Virus record (IMG/VR): IMGVR_UViG_3300001450_000028
Location: 8,327-72,326 of that record
Length of the DNA: 64,000 nucleotides
Source: a virus
Reading direction: 5' to 3' (one strand)
Below are positions 20,421 to 30,194 of this stretch, piece by piece. The position numbers and the translations under genes were made by a program. The notes beneath the pieces were generated by a model, which made no database searches, had not been told where the DNA came from, and saw nothing but the letters and a program-made list of their open reading frames with translations. Every line of letters starts with the position of its first letter. The stretch's first letter is position 1.

Positions 20421-22450
20421 TGCCAACCGAAGATATGCAAAACTCAGCAATCTCAATAGAAAATATACAGTACGAAGCGCAAGAGTTGTCAGGTATTGAA
20501 GATACGACACCTGAACCTGAAAGCAGTCTCTCTTATGATGATGTTCAAAGAGTAATAGATAGTTATCCTTCTGTACCCGCACTTCGAATTAATGTACCTG
20601 AAGCACAAAACGCAAAAGCATCATTTAAATATAACTTTTTTCTACCTGACGAAAGAGAAGTTATAAATAACGCAGGTGAAGTTATTAATGTATCTGTTTC
20701 AAGAAGCGATGAAATATTTTTTCAAATGTCTAATGATAGGATGCCAAGATATGTTGAATTGAGTTTTAAGCCACCAAAAAAATACTCAAGAATAAAAGAA
20801 ATTAGAAATTCAAGGCTAGTGTCATCAAATTTAGATAAAATTCTTGTAGAAGGAGGGTCAAATAGTAGTGACTATACAAGCTTTGAACTACTAGATACAG
20901 GCGCAGAAAAACATCTTTATGACATAATGAACAGTTCTCTATTAATAACAGATGTTGGTGAGGAAAAAGATTCTCCTCAAGATGGATATAATAAACTTTT
21001 AGAAGCACAGTCAGATGGGTCTTTGACAGGTGAAGAGAAAAAACTTATTGCATCTGCGCTAAAAGGAATCCAGTCAAAAGGATATGCTGTTGCGAGATCA
21101 GATATAAGCCCAGAAGCTGCAGAAACTGCAGATGACCTTACTTCTCGCCAGAATTTTTCAATGCAAATGCATAATCTAGTCTTTGATCAAGTAATTAAAA
21201 GCGGCCTCCGTATACCTGACTCTATATTTCAAGATGAATACGGATTTATAAGTACAAAATCTTCAAAAATCTCTGCAGATGCAAAAGTAAAAAATTCTTC
21301 AAATTCAATGGCAGAAAAACTTTATACAACACACATCAAACCCGTAGAAGTAAAGCCAATTCATCAACAAGGAAAATCAGAAAAATTTCAAACATTAAAA
21401 TCTGCAACACTTCCTAGTTATGGATCATACCCAAAAATAAGTCATGCAGGGTATATTATTAAAAAGCTTGAGATTTTATCTAACGACTCTTACGAAGACA
21501 GAGGATACTTGTTATCTGACAATCCTGACGGGCTGTACATTATAGATAAAAACGTAAGATATGGAGGCGTATATACATATGAGATTAGATCAATTTATCA
21601 AGTAGAACTAATCGCAGAAAGTAGAGTTGAATCTGATGCTTCACTAGACTCAGTTTCAGTTGCAAAAGTATTAATAGCATCTGAGGGTTCAATGGCGTCA
21701 GTAAACTGTGTTGAAAAAGTTCCACCCCCGCCCCCTACAAATCTTAATATATCTTTTGACTACAAGACTAGAAAACCTTTTGTTACTTGGCAGTTTCCTG
21801 TAAATCCGCAACGTGACATAAAAAGATTTCAAATATTTAAAAGACACAGTACTTCTGAGCCTTTTACTATGATAAGAGAGTATGATTTTGATAACTCTAC
21901 CATTAGATCTTCTGTAAATGAAATTGCTCAAGAGCAAAATTTAACAAGTTTTAACTCTCCAAGAATAACATTTACAGACAATACATGGAAAAATGGTCAA
22001 AAGCCAATATACGCAGTTTCATGTGTAGACGCTCACGGTCTTTCTTCAAATTTTAGCGCACAAATGAAATTTGAGTACATAAAAAGACTAAACAAGGTAA
22101 AAAATACACTGATTAGTTACCCAAATGCACCAAAACCCTATCCTAACATTCTGCTTAATAGAGACTCATTTCAGGACGCGATAAAAGTAAGCGGCTACGA
22201 ACGAATGAGAATATATTTAGACCCGGAGTATTACAAAGTATCAAAAAATGTTCAAAACTCTGCAGCAGCTATTGAACAAGACTTAAATTTTATTAGCATT
22301 GATTCAAATAAGGATACATACAAGATACATATTTTAAACTTAGATTTGCAAAAAGATAAGATTTTAAATATAAGGGTTGGTGACTTTAGTGGATCACCGC
22401 TTGAAACAGTTGGAAAAACAACATATTCTTTTGATTCTATTGACTTATAG
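20420..22450 (+). CDS. Hypothetical virion protein with FN3-like domains (676 aa)
   Basis: TAATG coupling. PPPPPTNLNI...VTWQFP...YAVSCVDAHGLSSNFS is a typical FN3 pattern. Confidence 0.55.
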   Translation: MPTEDMQNSAISIENIQYEAQELSGIEDTTPEPESSLSYDDVQRVIDSYPSVPALRINVPEAQNAKASFKYNFFLPDEREVINNAGEVINVSVSRSDEIFFQMSNDRMPRYVELSFKPPKKYSRIKEIRNSRLVSSNLDKILVEGGSNSSDYTSFELLDTGAEKHLYDIMNSSLLITDVGEEKDSPQDGYNKLLEAQSDGSLTGEEKKLIASALKGIQSKGYAVARSDISPEAAETADDLTSRQNFSMQMHNLVFDQVIKSGLRIPDSIFQDEYGFISTKSSKISADAKVKNSSNSMAEKLYTTHIKPVEVKPIHQQGKSEKFQTLKSATLPSYGSYPKISHAGYIIKKLEILSNDSYEDRGYLLSDNPDGLYIIDKNVRYGGVYTYEIRSIYQVELIAESRVESDASLDSVSVAKVLIASEGSMASVNCVEKVPPPPPTNLNISFDYKTRKPFVTWQFPVNPQRDIKRFQIFKRHSTSEPFTMIREYDFDNSTIRSSVNEIAQEQNLTSFNSPRITFTDNTWKNGQKPIYAVSCVDAHGLSSNFSAQMKFEYIKRLNKVKNTLISYPNAPKPYPNILLNRDSFQDAIKVSGYERMRIYLDPEYYKVSKNVQNSAAAIEQDLNFISIDSNKDTYKIHILNLDLQKDKILNIRVGDFSGSPLETVGKTTYSFDSIDL

Positions 22451-22498
22451 AATTACAATATTTTTTTTTAGTGTATATTTAGATACAAGGAGACTAGA

Positions 22499-23197
22499 AT
22501 GGGATTTTTAGATCACAGCACAAACAACATTATTGTTGATGCCGTTTTAACAGACTTAGGCAGACAATCACTTGCAAAGAACGATGGTTCATTTCAAATT
22601 TTTCAATTTGCGCTAGGTGACGACGAAGTAGATTATGGCGTCATCCAGCAGTTTGGCAGAACAGTAGGTAGAGAAAAAATAGAAAAAAATACTCCAGTCT
22701 TAGAAGCGTTTACAGCAGGAAGCTTGGGGCTTAAGCATAAGCTTTTAAGCATATCAAATGAATTTTTAACTCACTTACCTGTTTTGGATATGACACTTTC
22801 AGGAACTGATCTCACAAACTCAGTTGTTTCATTTACAAGAACATCAACTACGTCTAACACTGTTAACGCGGCAATTAGTTCTAAAACAGGCACAGGAATC
22901 GATCCTGACATTCTAGATGGAGAATTTAGAGTAGAAGTTAATAATTTATTTTTTACAATTTCAGGTGAACAACCTGATGTTGTATACACAGACAATGTTG
23001 CGGTCTATAGAATACCTGCAGATTTTAATACACAGGGCGATGAAGTTTCAGCTTCTATTACACTAAACTTAAAGAGTTTTTCTGATACAACTTTTTCAAC
23101 TTATAGCGTGTCAGGCGGATCATATATTCGTGCTTTTGTTAAGGTAACAGGTATTAACTCAGGTCTTACAAAAAATATAGAACTTCAGATATCATAA
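22499..23197 (+). CDS. Virion protein (232 aa), baseplate/fibre-attachment type
   Basis: AAGGAG RBS; VDAVLTDLGRQSLA...FALGDDEVDY motif; paralog of 12240. Confidence 0.55.
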   Translation: MGFLDHSTNNIIVDAVLTDLGRQSLAKNDGSFQIFQFALGDDEVDYGVIQQFGRTVGREKIEKNTPVLEAFTAGSLGLKHKLLSISNEFLTHLPVLDMTLSGTDLTNSVVSFTRTSTTSNTVNAAISSKTGTGIDPDILDGEFRVEVNNLFFTISGEQPDVVYTDNVAVYRIPADFNTQGDEVSASITLNLKSFSDTTFSTYSVSGGSYIRAFVKVTGINSGLTKNIELQIS

Positions 23198-23209
23198 TAA
23201 GAGGAAAAA

Positions 23210-24406
23210 ATGGCAACTTTTAAAACAATATCAAGCGCTGATATTAAAACAACAAAAACAGTACTGAATCAATTAATTGACTTCGTTGAAGAAGATATTT
23301 CCGGATCAGCATCAAGAAAGTCGTATCAAGTATTTGTAACATCGTCAGGTGGTAACGCAATTACTTCTTCTCTTTTTCAGACAGTTTTTGATCAAAACTT
23401 CTCCTTGCAAACAGCAAACGAACTTTTTGATGTAACATATGGAGTATTTTCAGGTTCAGCATCAGTTAGTAGTGCTTCAACAGGTATTGATACAAACGGT
23501 AAAATTTTGTTTACATCTCAGTCAGTCATGATGAGAGAAAAAATTAATATTTACAGGCAGTTTGCACAAACATTATTAGGTAATGCTGATAATAGATTTA
23601 GAGCACCTTTTTCAAGTACAAGCACTTCTGACAATATTGACAATGCATTGTTTTTGTGCTTTAAGAGGCTTTTTGTTAGAGACGGAATTAAAAGAGAAAC
23701 TTTCGCAATGAGATTTTTTCAGTCTTCTTCAAACCCAGCACCTCACTTTCCAGTAAACTTTGATAACATATACGGTCAGACTGCAGCACACCCTTCTTCT
23801 GGTTCTGTTATTTTTACAGATGTTGGTGCTGCGTCAAGCATAGAAAGATCACAGTTTGGAGGCGACGTAGGCAACATTGTACTCTCTTCTGATACTACAC
23901 AAACAGTAGGGCTGATGTTTTACCAAAAAGGTATTGCAATACTAGATCTTGAAAGAGCTCTAAACAAAAATCAAATAATGAGCGGCACGATAGCATCAGT
24001 AGGGGCAGCAGCAACAACAGCCCACAGCGCATCTTTTATTCCACATTTTGTAAATTCTGCGTCAATGGATGATATCATAAGGCATGTCGCAACTGAGCGT
24101 TTTGGAACAGGTAGTAACACATTTTTAACTTTCCAAAACAATACAAAGATCAATTCGACGCTTATCTTTTGCAGAGCAACAGCAGATGAGTTTAATTACT
24201 CTTCAAATCCAACATATACAGACTCAGAAGGCAGAATCCTTGTTATAGATGAATCACAGCAAGGTGAAGAAAAGTCTTTTTCTTTTGTTTCAACAGTTGG
24301 TCTTTACGATGCGAACGAAGAACTTCTAGCAACTGCTAAACTATCAAGACCTGTTGAAAAGAACGATGAAAAAGATTTGACATTCAGGGTCAGATTAGAC
24401 TTTTAG
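23210..24406 (+). CDS. Virion protein (398 aa); C-terminus paralogous to 24419..26800
   Basis: GAGG RBS; ends FVSTVGLYDANEELLATAKLSRPVEK...FRVRLDF. Confidence 0.55.
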   Translation: MATFKTISSADIKTTKTVLNQLIDFVEEDISGSASRKSYQVFVTSSGGNAITSSLFQTVFDQNFSLQTANELFDVTYGVFSGSASVSSASTGIDTNGKILFTSQSVMMREKINIYRQFAQTLLGNADNRFRAPFSSTSTSDNIDNALFLCFKRLFVRDGIKRETFAMRFFQSSSNPAPHFPVNFDNIYGQTAAHPSSGSVIFTDVGAASSIERSQFGGDVGNIVLSSDTTQTVGLMFYQKGIAILDLERALNKNQIMSGTIASVGAAATTAHSASFIPHFVNSASMDDIIRHVATERFGTGSNTFLTFQNNTKINSTLIFCRATADEFNYSSNPTYTDSEGRILVIDESQQGEEKSFSFVSTVGLYDANEELLATAKLSRPVEKNDEKDLTFRVRLDF

Positions 24407-24418
24407 AATGGAGAATCA

Positions 24419-26800
24419 ATGTCTTTTGTCAAGCTTGACAATAGAAACCTTGAACACGTTTCAATACTATTAAGACCTAATGTTCACTTTGTTTCTTCTT
24501 CTGTTGGGCAAGGTGTAACAGGCTCACAGTTTGTAAGCCCAGTCAGATCACCTGCAATTAAACAGGTAATAGATCTTAAGACTGCAGCAGATAATTTAGT
24601 CGAAGATATTCTCGATGGTGATTCCAATGTAAGCAATTACAATGTTGATAATTATGCTAGAGCAATAAGTTTAAAAAATGCAATTGATGCTGATGTTGGA
24701 GGATCAACAGACGTAGCAGCATACTTAAAAACATACTTAGGGTTGATAGATGAAGCACCAAAAGACGTTAGATACACAAAAAAGATTGATGCTTTTAGAT
24801 TTGATCCACCTTTTAAGTTTACAAAAAACACAACAGAAAAAAATGTTATTAGAAATGTTCTAATGCCTTACCACCGCCACAAGTATGAAAATTGTGGATT
24901 TTGGTATACAAATTACAATACGTTAAACTTTTTTGATAATAGTAAAATTCCTTCTGCCTCTGTCTTAGCATACCCAAGCGTTAATGAAAGATATCATTTG
25001 CCTGATAGCTTTTCTGTTAACTTTTGGATAAATCCAAGATACTCAGATTCAAAAAAAGATTATAGAGCAGGCACAATATTGCACATTTCATCGTCAATAT
25101 GTATTTCTCTAGTATCGGGCTCATCTGTAGATGAGTATGGTGCAGAAAACACTTTTAAATTATTGCTTCAGCTCAGTCAAAGCGCTGACATTGCTCCTTC
25201 AACTATAGACTTAAGTTCTCCTGCTGGTGCATACCCAAGAGACCTAATTTTCACATCATCTCAGTTTTTGCAAAAGAACAACTGGCATAACGTTCTTGTT
25301 GCCTGGTCAAATTCTACAAACAACTCAACAGGTTCTATTTTTATAGGATCTGAAGAAACAAACTTTAGCGTGCCTTCATCTTCAATATCAGCAAATAAAA
25401 ATTTGAGTCCAAGTTGTTTACTTTTAGGAAATTATCTTGATGCAAAATATGCTGGAAACGAGTCTTGGGGAAGCATGGTAAATCAAGGTGCAACAGCGTC
25501 AGGTGTTTCTAGAAAAGATAATGTTGAAGGGTACAAATCAGAAAACGTTACAACAACAACAGACAATTTTACAGGGTCACAGCTTTCACACCCTCTAAAC
25601 GCAGAAATACATGATGTAAGAATATACAATAAGTTTATAAACAAAAACTTATTAAAATATAAGACAATATCTGATACTAGCCCTTCATCGACTGATGATT
25701 TAGTATTTTATGTGCCTGCTTACTTTTTTCCTTCATCTTCAAAAAGACAAGTACTTGTCACTCCTTTTCAAACAATTGAAGGAACAACAAACGACCCATT
25801 TAGCGTACAGTTTTCATTTGGAGTTGGAGGTAAGTCTCTTAATTTAGAAAACTATACTCTAGACTTTGTGACGATGGAACAGCCTAGACATTACGGATTG
25901 TTTCCACAAACAATCAACACGACAATACAAAATATCACAGCTGACAATTACATCTATGATACCGGTTCTAATATTAAAAGAAACTTAACGGTTTTACCTA
26001 ATGATAATGGGCTTCATAAACCAGTATACAGATTGTTAGAAAAGTCTTTAATGTCCAGTAGCGCAATGTTTAAAAAATCAGGCCGGTCATCTGATTATTC
26101 TATAATAAGTTTAGAAAATTTAATTCCAACGTCTTCTCTTTTTCCTGGTTTGGTTTTCGCCACAGGTTCTATTTTTGATCAAATAGTAGGATCCGCACCT
26201 GATAATCCAGGTGTAGCTCCAGGGTCAGTTTTGACAATTGCGCAGAGAACTAGAGACGTAAGTTCTAATGAGATAACTGTGCTAGATATATCTAACCTGT
26301 ACTATGGTTCAAAAATTCACCCTAAAAGCTTTCACCTATATGAAGAAAACTTAACAGGTTCTGGTGGTGATATATCTGTAAATATAAAAGACAACGGGAG
26401 GGGAGGATTATATCGTGCAGATTGTTTAACAAAACAAGCTGATTGGAACAACATCGGTACAATTCTATATGAAGAAGGTGCTGCCGTAATCAAGACACCA
26501 AATTTATTTTATTACGGAAAAGATAAGGTTGATATGAAACTGAGAGGCGAGCAACAACTGCATAGTTTGGTAATGAACATACCTGCTTTTACTGGGTTTT
26601 TTATGTCTTCTTCAAACAGAACTTATGAAAAATACCCACCCTCAGCATCACCTGATAATGAAAATTTGAGCACAGTCCATATTTCAACTGTCAATATTCA
26701 TGATGACAACTTTAATGTAATTATGCAAGCAAATTTTGCACAACCAATTAACAAAACAGAAGAAGATGAGTTTGTAATTAGACTAAAGCAGGACTTCTAA
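24419..26800 (+). CDS. Virion protein with a LamG-like domain (793 aa)
   Basis: FSVNFWINP...NNWHNVLVAW...AEIHDVRIYN (LamG-like); ends ISTVNIHDDNFNVIMQANFAQPINK...FVIRLKQDF like the 23210 product. Confidence 0.6.
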   Translation: MSFVKLDNRNLEHVSILLRPNVHFVSSSVGQGVTGSQFVSPVRSPAIKQVIDLKTAADNLVEDILDGDSNVSNYNVDNYARAISLKNAIDADVGGSTDVAAYLKTYLGLIDEAPKDVRYTKKIDAFRFDPPFKFTKNTTEKNVIRNVLMPYHRHKYENCGFWYTNYNTLNFFDNSKIPSASVLAYPSVNERYHLPDSFSVNFWINPRYSDSKKDYRAGTILHISSSICISLVSGSSVDEYGAENTFKLLLQLSQSADIAPSTIDLSSPAGAYPRDLIFTSSQFLQKNNWHNVLVAWSNSTNNSTGSIFIGSEETNFSVPSSSISANKNLSPSCLLLGNYLDAKYAGNESWGSMVNQGATASGVSRKDNVEGYKSENVTTTTDNFTGSQLSHPLNAEIHDVRIYNKFINKNLLKYKTISDTSPSSTDDLVFYVPAYFFPSSSKRQVLVTPFQTIEGTTNDPFSVQFSFGVGGKSLNLENYTLDFVTMEQPRHYGLFPQTINTTIQNITADNYIYDTGSNIKRNLTVLPNDNGLHKPVYRLLEKSLMSSSAMFKKSGRSSDYSIISLENLIPTSSLFPGLVFATGSIFDQIVGSAPDNPGVAPGSVLTIAQRTRDVSSNEITVLDISNLYYGSKIHPKSFHLYEENLTGSGGDISVNIKDNGRGGLYRADCLTKQADWNNIGTILYEEGAAVIKTPNLFYYGKDKVDMKLRGEQQLHSLVMNIPAFTGFFMSSSNRTYEKYPPSASPDNENLSTVHISTVNIHDDNFNVIMQANFAQPINKTEEDEFVIRLKQDF

Positions 26801-27363
26801 TGATACTTGGTGCAGATATATCTACAAGCTGTACAGGCTTTTGTATCGTCAATGACGAAGGAACACCTGTTCACTTTTCATACGTTGAGTTATCTAAAGA
26901 AAAAAACTTTTTTGAAAAAGCAAAAAAAGTTAAACTTCACATTTTAGAACTAATGATAAAATATCAAATAGATGACATAGCTGTAGAAGATTACCTGACA
27001 AGCTTTGCAAAAGGAAGATCTTCGGCAAAAACACTTTTTAAATTGGCAAAGTTTAACGGAATTATTCAGTGGATTTGCTACAGCGATCTAGGAATGAAAG
27101 CGACGCCTATAAACGTTAATGATGCCCGAAAGACAAGTAGTATTATAGTCTTATCTAAAAAGAAAACAATAGAAACAACTAAAGAGCAAGTTTTGCGTCA
27201 AGTCAAAGATCAAATTGGAGATCTTTTTTGCTTTCCTACAAAGATACTCAAGTCAGGCCCAAGAAAAGGGCTAGAAGTAACTGACAAGGTATCATATGAT
27301 ATGGCAGACGCCTATGTAATTGCAAAAGCAAATTGGCTTGAAAAAAGAGAAAAAGCTTTATAA
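26800..27363 (+). CDS. ruvC: RuvC-like Holliday junction resolvase
   Basis: RNase H-fold acidic residues: ILGADISTSCTG, IAVED, DMADAYVIA. Confidence 0.8.
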   Translation: MILGADISTSCTGFCIVNDEGTPVHFSYVELSKEKNFFEKAKKVKLHILELMIKYQIDDIAVEDYLTSFAKGRSSAKTLFKLAKFNGIIQWICYSDLGMKATPINVNDARKTSSIIVLSKKKTIETTKEQVLRQVKDQIGDLFCFPTKILKSGPRKGLEVTDKVSYDMADAYVIAKANWLEKREKAL

Positions 27364-27372
27364 TATCTCAAT

Positions 27373-28335
27373 ATGAGTATTGTAACTTTAAAACAAAAAA
27401 GAGAGCTTATTAGTTCTGTTTTTGGCAAAGGTGTTGTCGCAAGTAACGGTAGTGACATTGCTGTCTACTGCCCGGTTTGTGAAAAGTCTTCCAAGACAAA
27501 AAAGAAAAGAAAACTTTCTATCTCTATTGAAACGGGCGTGTATCACTGTTGGGTCTGTGAGACAAAAGGCAAATTAATTACACGGTTTGTGCAAATTAAT
27601 TTCCCGAATAGCAAACAGTTGCCTAAGTTTAGAGAATACTTTGGTAGTTTAAAAGAAGAAAGGATTGAAGAATTAAAAGTAGTTCTTAAACTACCTGAAG
27701 ATTTTAAACTTTTAACTCTTTCTAGTTCAAGAAAATCAAAATTTCTAAAAAAGTACTTATCTACGCGAGGTATGGACTATGAGGATCTATATCGATTTAA
27801 AGCCGGTTACAGTTTTGAGCCTGGTTTTGAAAATAGAGTAATTTTTCCATCTTTTGACAGTGATCTAGACTTAAATTTTTACTTAACAAGAGTTTGTGAA
27901 GAAACAAAATATCAAAAATATAAAAATTGCAAGGCATCAAAAAAAGAAATTATCTTTAATGAGCATGTAATAGACTGGAAAAAGCCTGTAATACTCGTAG
28001 AAGGTATTTTTGATGCTGTAAAAGCTGGAAATAATTCTGTTCCTATACTTGGTAGCTGGATTGACACAAAATATAGTCTATTTAGAAAAATAATCAAAGA
28101 AAGATCTGACGTTGTTCTTGCATTAGACCCAGATGCAAAAGAAAAGCAAATTAAAATTTCAAAAAACTTAATTTCGTATGGGGTCAATGTTAAAAATACT
28201 CAAAATTTAAAGAAAGATCTAGGTGACATGACAAAAAAAGAAGCGGAAAATTTAATATTGGATGCTAAACCTTTTGACAATATGGAAAGAATGAGATATT
28301 TAATAAGCGGAATTAAATCGGGTTCCATGTTTTAA
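27373..28335 (+). CDS. DNA primase (zinc finger + TOPRIM, DnaG/gp61-like)
   Basis: CPVC...YHCWVC zinc finger, YLSTRG, NRVIFP, TOPRIM LVEGIFDA and LALDPDA, KDLGD. Confidence 0.85.
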   Translation: MSIVTLKQKRELISSVFGKGVVASNGSDIAVYCPVCEKSSKTKKKRKLSISIETGVYHCWVCETKGKLITRFVQINFPNSKQLPKFREYFGSLKEERIEELKVVLKLPEDFKLLTLSSSRKSKFLKKYLSTRGMDYEDLYRFKAGYSFEPGFENRVIFPSFDSDLDLNFYLTRVCEETKYQKYKNCKASKKEIIFNEHVIDWKKPVILVEGIFDAVKAGNNSVPILGSWIDTKYSLFRKIIKERSDVVLALDPDAKEKQIKISKNLISYGVNVKNTQNLKKDLGDMTKKEAENLILDAKPFDNMERMRYLISGIKSGSMF

Positions 28336-28344
28336 GGATAAGAA

Positions 28345-28878
28345 ATGAAAAGAGTCGACCTAAGAAGAATGATTCAGCAAGAAATGTACAGAGTAGAAGA
28401 AGACCTGCTTGTAAGACCAGAAGATATTCCTGACGATTTTAAGCGTCAAGTTGTAGTATCAGATGAAGAAGAGTGCGATTCTTGTATGAAAAACCCAGGC
28501 GGCTGCGAAGTTCATAATGCTCCTTACGATTCAGGGCGCGCTGGGCATATGAAAAGCAAAATGAGCTTAACCTGCAGTTCTTGCGGAGGCCCTCTTGTAA
28601 TGGAAGGCGGCTGCGGGTGCAGCGGATCTTCTGTAGAATATGAAGATTATGAACCAGAAATGGTTTATTCTTTCGAAGCACCAGAAAAGCATCACAAGTC
28701 AGGCGCGTATATGGCTAAAGCCCAGTTACACAAAATAAAAGAATATGCAGAAAAACTCCAGCACATGATACCCGACGGTCATGATCTAGACGATTGGATG
28801 AGGAGTCACATTTCTCAAGCTGCAGATGATATATCAGAAGTTTATCACAAATTAGATTACACACATTCTAAGGACTAA
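28345..28878 (+). CDS. Hypothetical protein, Cys-rich middle and helical C-terminus; candidate internal head protein
   Basis: AAGGA RBS; N-terminal LRRMIQQE leader; CDSC, CSSC, CGC motifs. Confidence 0.5.
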   Translation: MKRVDLRRMIQQEMYRVEEDLLVRPEDIPDDFKRQVVVSDEEECDSCMKNPGGCEVHNAPYDSGRAGHMKSKMSLTCSSCGGPLVMEGGCGCSGSSVEYEDYEPEMVYSFEAPEKHHKSGAYMAKAQLHKIKEYAEKLQHMIPDGHDLDDWMRSHISQAADDISEVYHKLDYTHSKD

Positions 28879-28892
28879 CTTACGAGGAAAAT

Positions 28893-30143
28893 ATGATTTC
28901 GCTTCAGCGTCTTTTTGAAGATGTAGACATTAGCAGTGTTCCAAAAAAATACAAGAAAAGAATGTCTAGAAAATGTAAAATCTTCAAAGGTTTTGAAGAG
29001 ACAATACCAGAATTGTCATATCCAAAAATAGACACAGATAGATTTGAAGAAGACTTGTCAGAAGTTAGAAGGTGTGTTAAAGATTCTTCACTTTCAGAAA
29101 AGTTTTTAAAACTAACTAATAGAGATTCTGAAGATGTATTTAAGAAGTTTTTAAAAGACGAAGACATAGACTGGTCTGAGTTAGATCCTATGCTTAAAGA
29201 GTTTGATGGCGTCATGCTTAGAATGAAATTTAAATATGACAGAAAACGACCGTTTGAATATTTTAAAGAAAGAGGCGAAGACATAAAGACGGAAGAAGCA
29301 CATTCACCGTCCTTCCCATCAGGACACACTGCGTTTGCATACTTAATGTGCGACTATCTTTCTGACATGTTTCCAGGAAAATCAATGCAATTGCAAACTA
29401 TTGCAGAAATGATAGCACAATCAAGAATAGAAAATGGAGTTCATTTCCCAACAGACATTGCTGCAGGAAGATTTCTAGGAGAACAAGCAGCAAAGTTTGT
29501 ACTTGAAAAAGAAAGTATCAATGAAGGCTTTGCGTCAAGAGATCATCAAAAAACTTTTGTTAGATTTTTAAGAAAGAAAGCCCGAAAGGTAAGAAAAGGA
29601 TTTAATAAAAATGAAGCATTGAAATTTTTTGTTAATGACATTGCCACTTTTATTAATGAGTGTACACACAAAGAGTTTAACATATGTTACGAAGCTAGTA
29701 AAAGTTTGGTTGAGGGTCATAGTTTAGATAGCTGCACAAAAGATGAAGAAATAAAAAGACTAATTGAAGGTATGATTCATATTTTCTTTTCAAAACAAGA
29801 TAAGTTTTCTGAAATTGTTAAATTAAATCAAGTACTAGAATTAAAATGCGAAATTAGAAAAGTTGACAAAGTTACTCTATCTGGATTGTCTTACGCACCT
29901 GTTGAAAAAATACAAGAGTATGCTACAAAAGTTTGCAAGTTAAACAACAAACCTTTTTTAAAATTAGCGACAGTTAGTTGGATAGCTCCTTTTTCAAGAG
30001 GTAACAGAAAAATTACAAATCTTGTTTTTCTAAAAGAAACAAATTTTGATTTTGATATAACAAATCAAATTCTAACTGATGATTTAGACTACATGTTAGA
30101 GAGTTTTTATGTGCAAGACAGAGCAAAAACTATTCTTTCATAG
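28893..30143 (+). CDS. PAP2-superfamily phosphatase/haloperoxidase fused to a degenerate Fic-like domain
   Basis: PAP2 motifs K(x6)RP (KFKYDRKRP), SFPSGH and SRIENGVHFPTD. The C-terminal WIAPFSRGNRK resembles the Fic motif HPFxDGNGR. Confidence 0.75.
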   Translation: MISLQRLFEDVDISSVPKKYKKRMSRKCKIFKGFEETIPELSYPKIDTDRFEEDLSEVRRCVKDSSLSEKFLKLTNRDSEDVFKKFLKDEDIDWSELDPMLKEFDGVMLRMKFKYDRKRPFEYFKERGEDIKTEEAHSPSFPSGHTAFAYLMCDYLSDMFPGKSMQLQTIAEMIAQSRIENGVHFPTDIAAGRFLGEQAAKFVLEKESINEGFASRDHQKTFVRFLRKKARKVRKGFNKNEALKFFVNDIATFINECTHKEFNICYEASKSLVEGHSLDSCTKDEEIKRLIEGMIHIFFSKQDKFSEIVKLNQVLELKCEIRKVDKVTLSGLSYAPVEKIQEYATKVCKLNNKPFLKLATVSWIAPFSRGNRKITNLVFLKETNFDFDITNQILTDDLDYMLESFYVQDRAKTILS

Positions 30144-30144
30144 A

Positions 30145-30174
30145 ATGTAAAGAGTAAATAATTAATGCTATAAT
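30145..30174 (+). promoter_or_regulatory. Candidate sigma70-like promoter for 30195
   Basis: TGTAAA-17 nt-TATAAT with an extended TGn-10 (TGCTATAAT at 30166-30174). Confidence 0.4.
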
Positions 30175-30194
30175 ACAAACAAGAGGGTTGTAAT

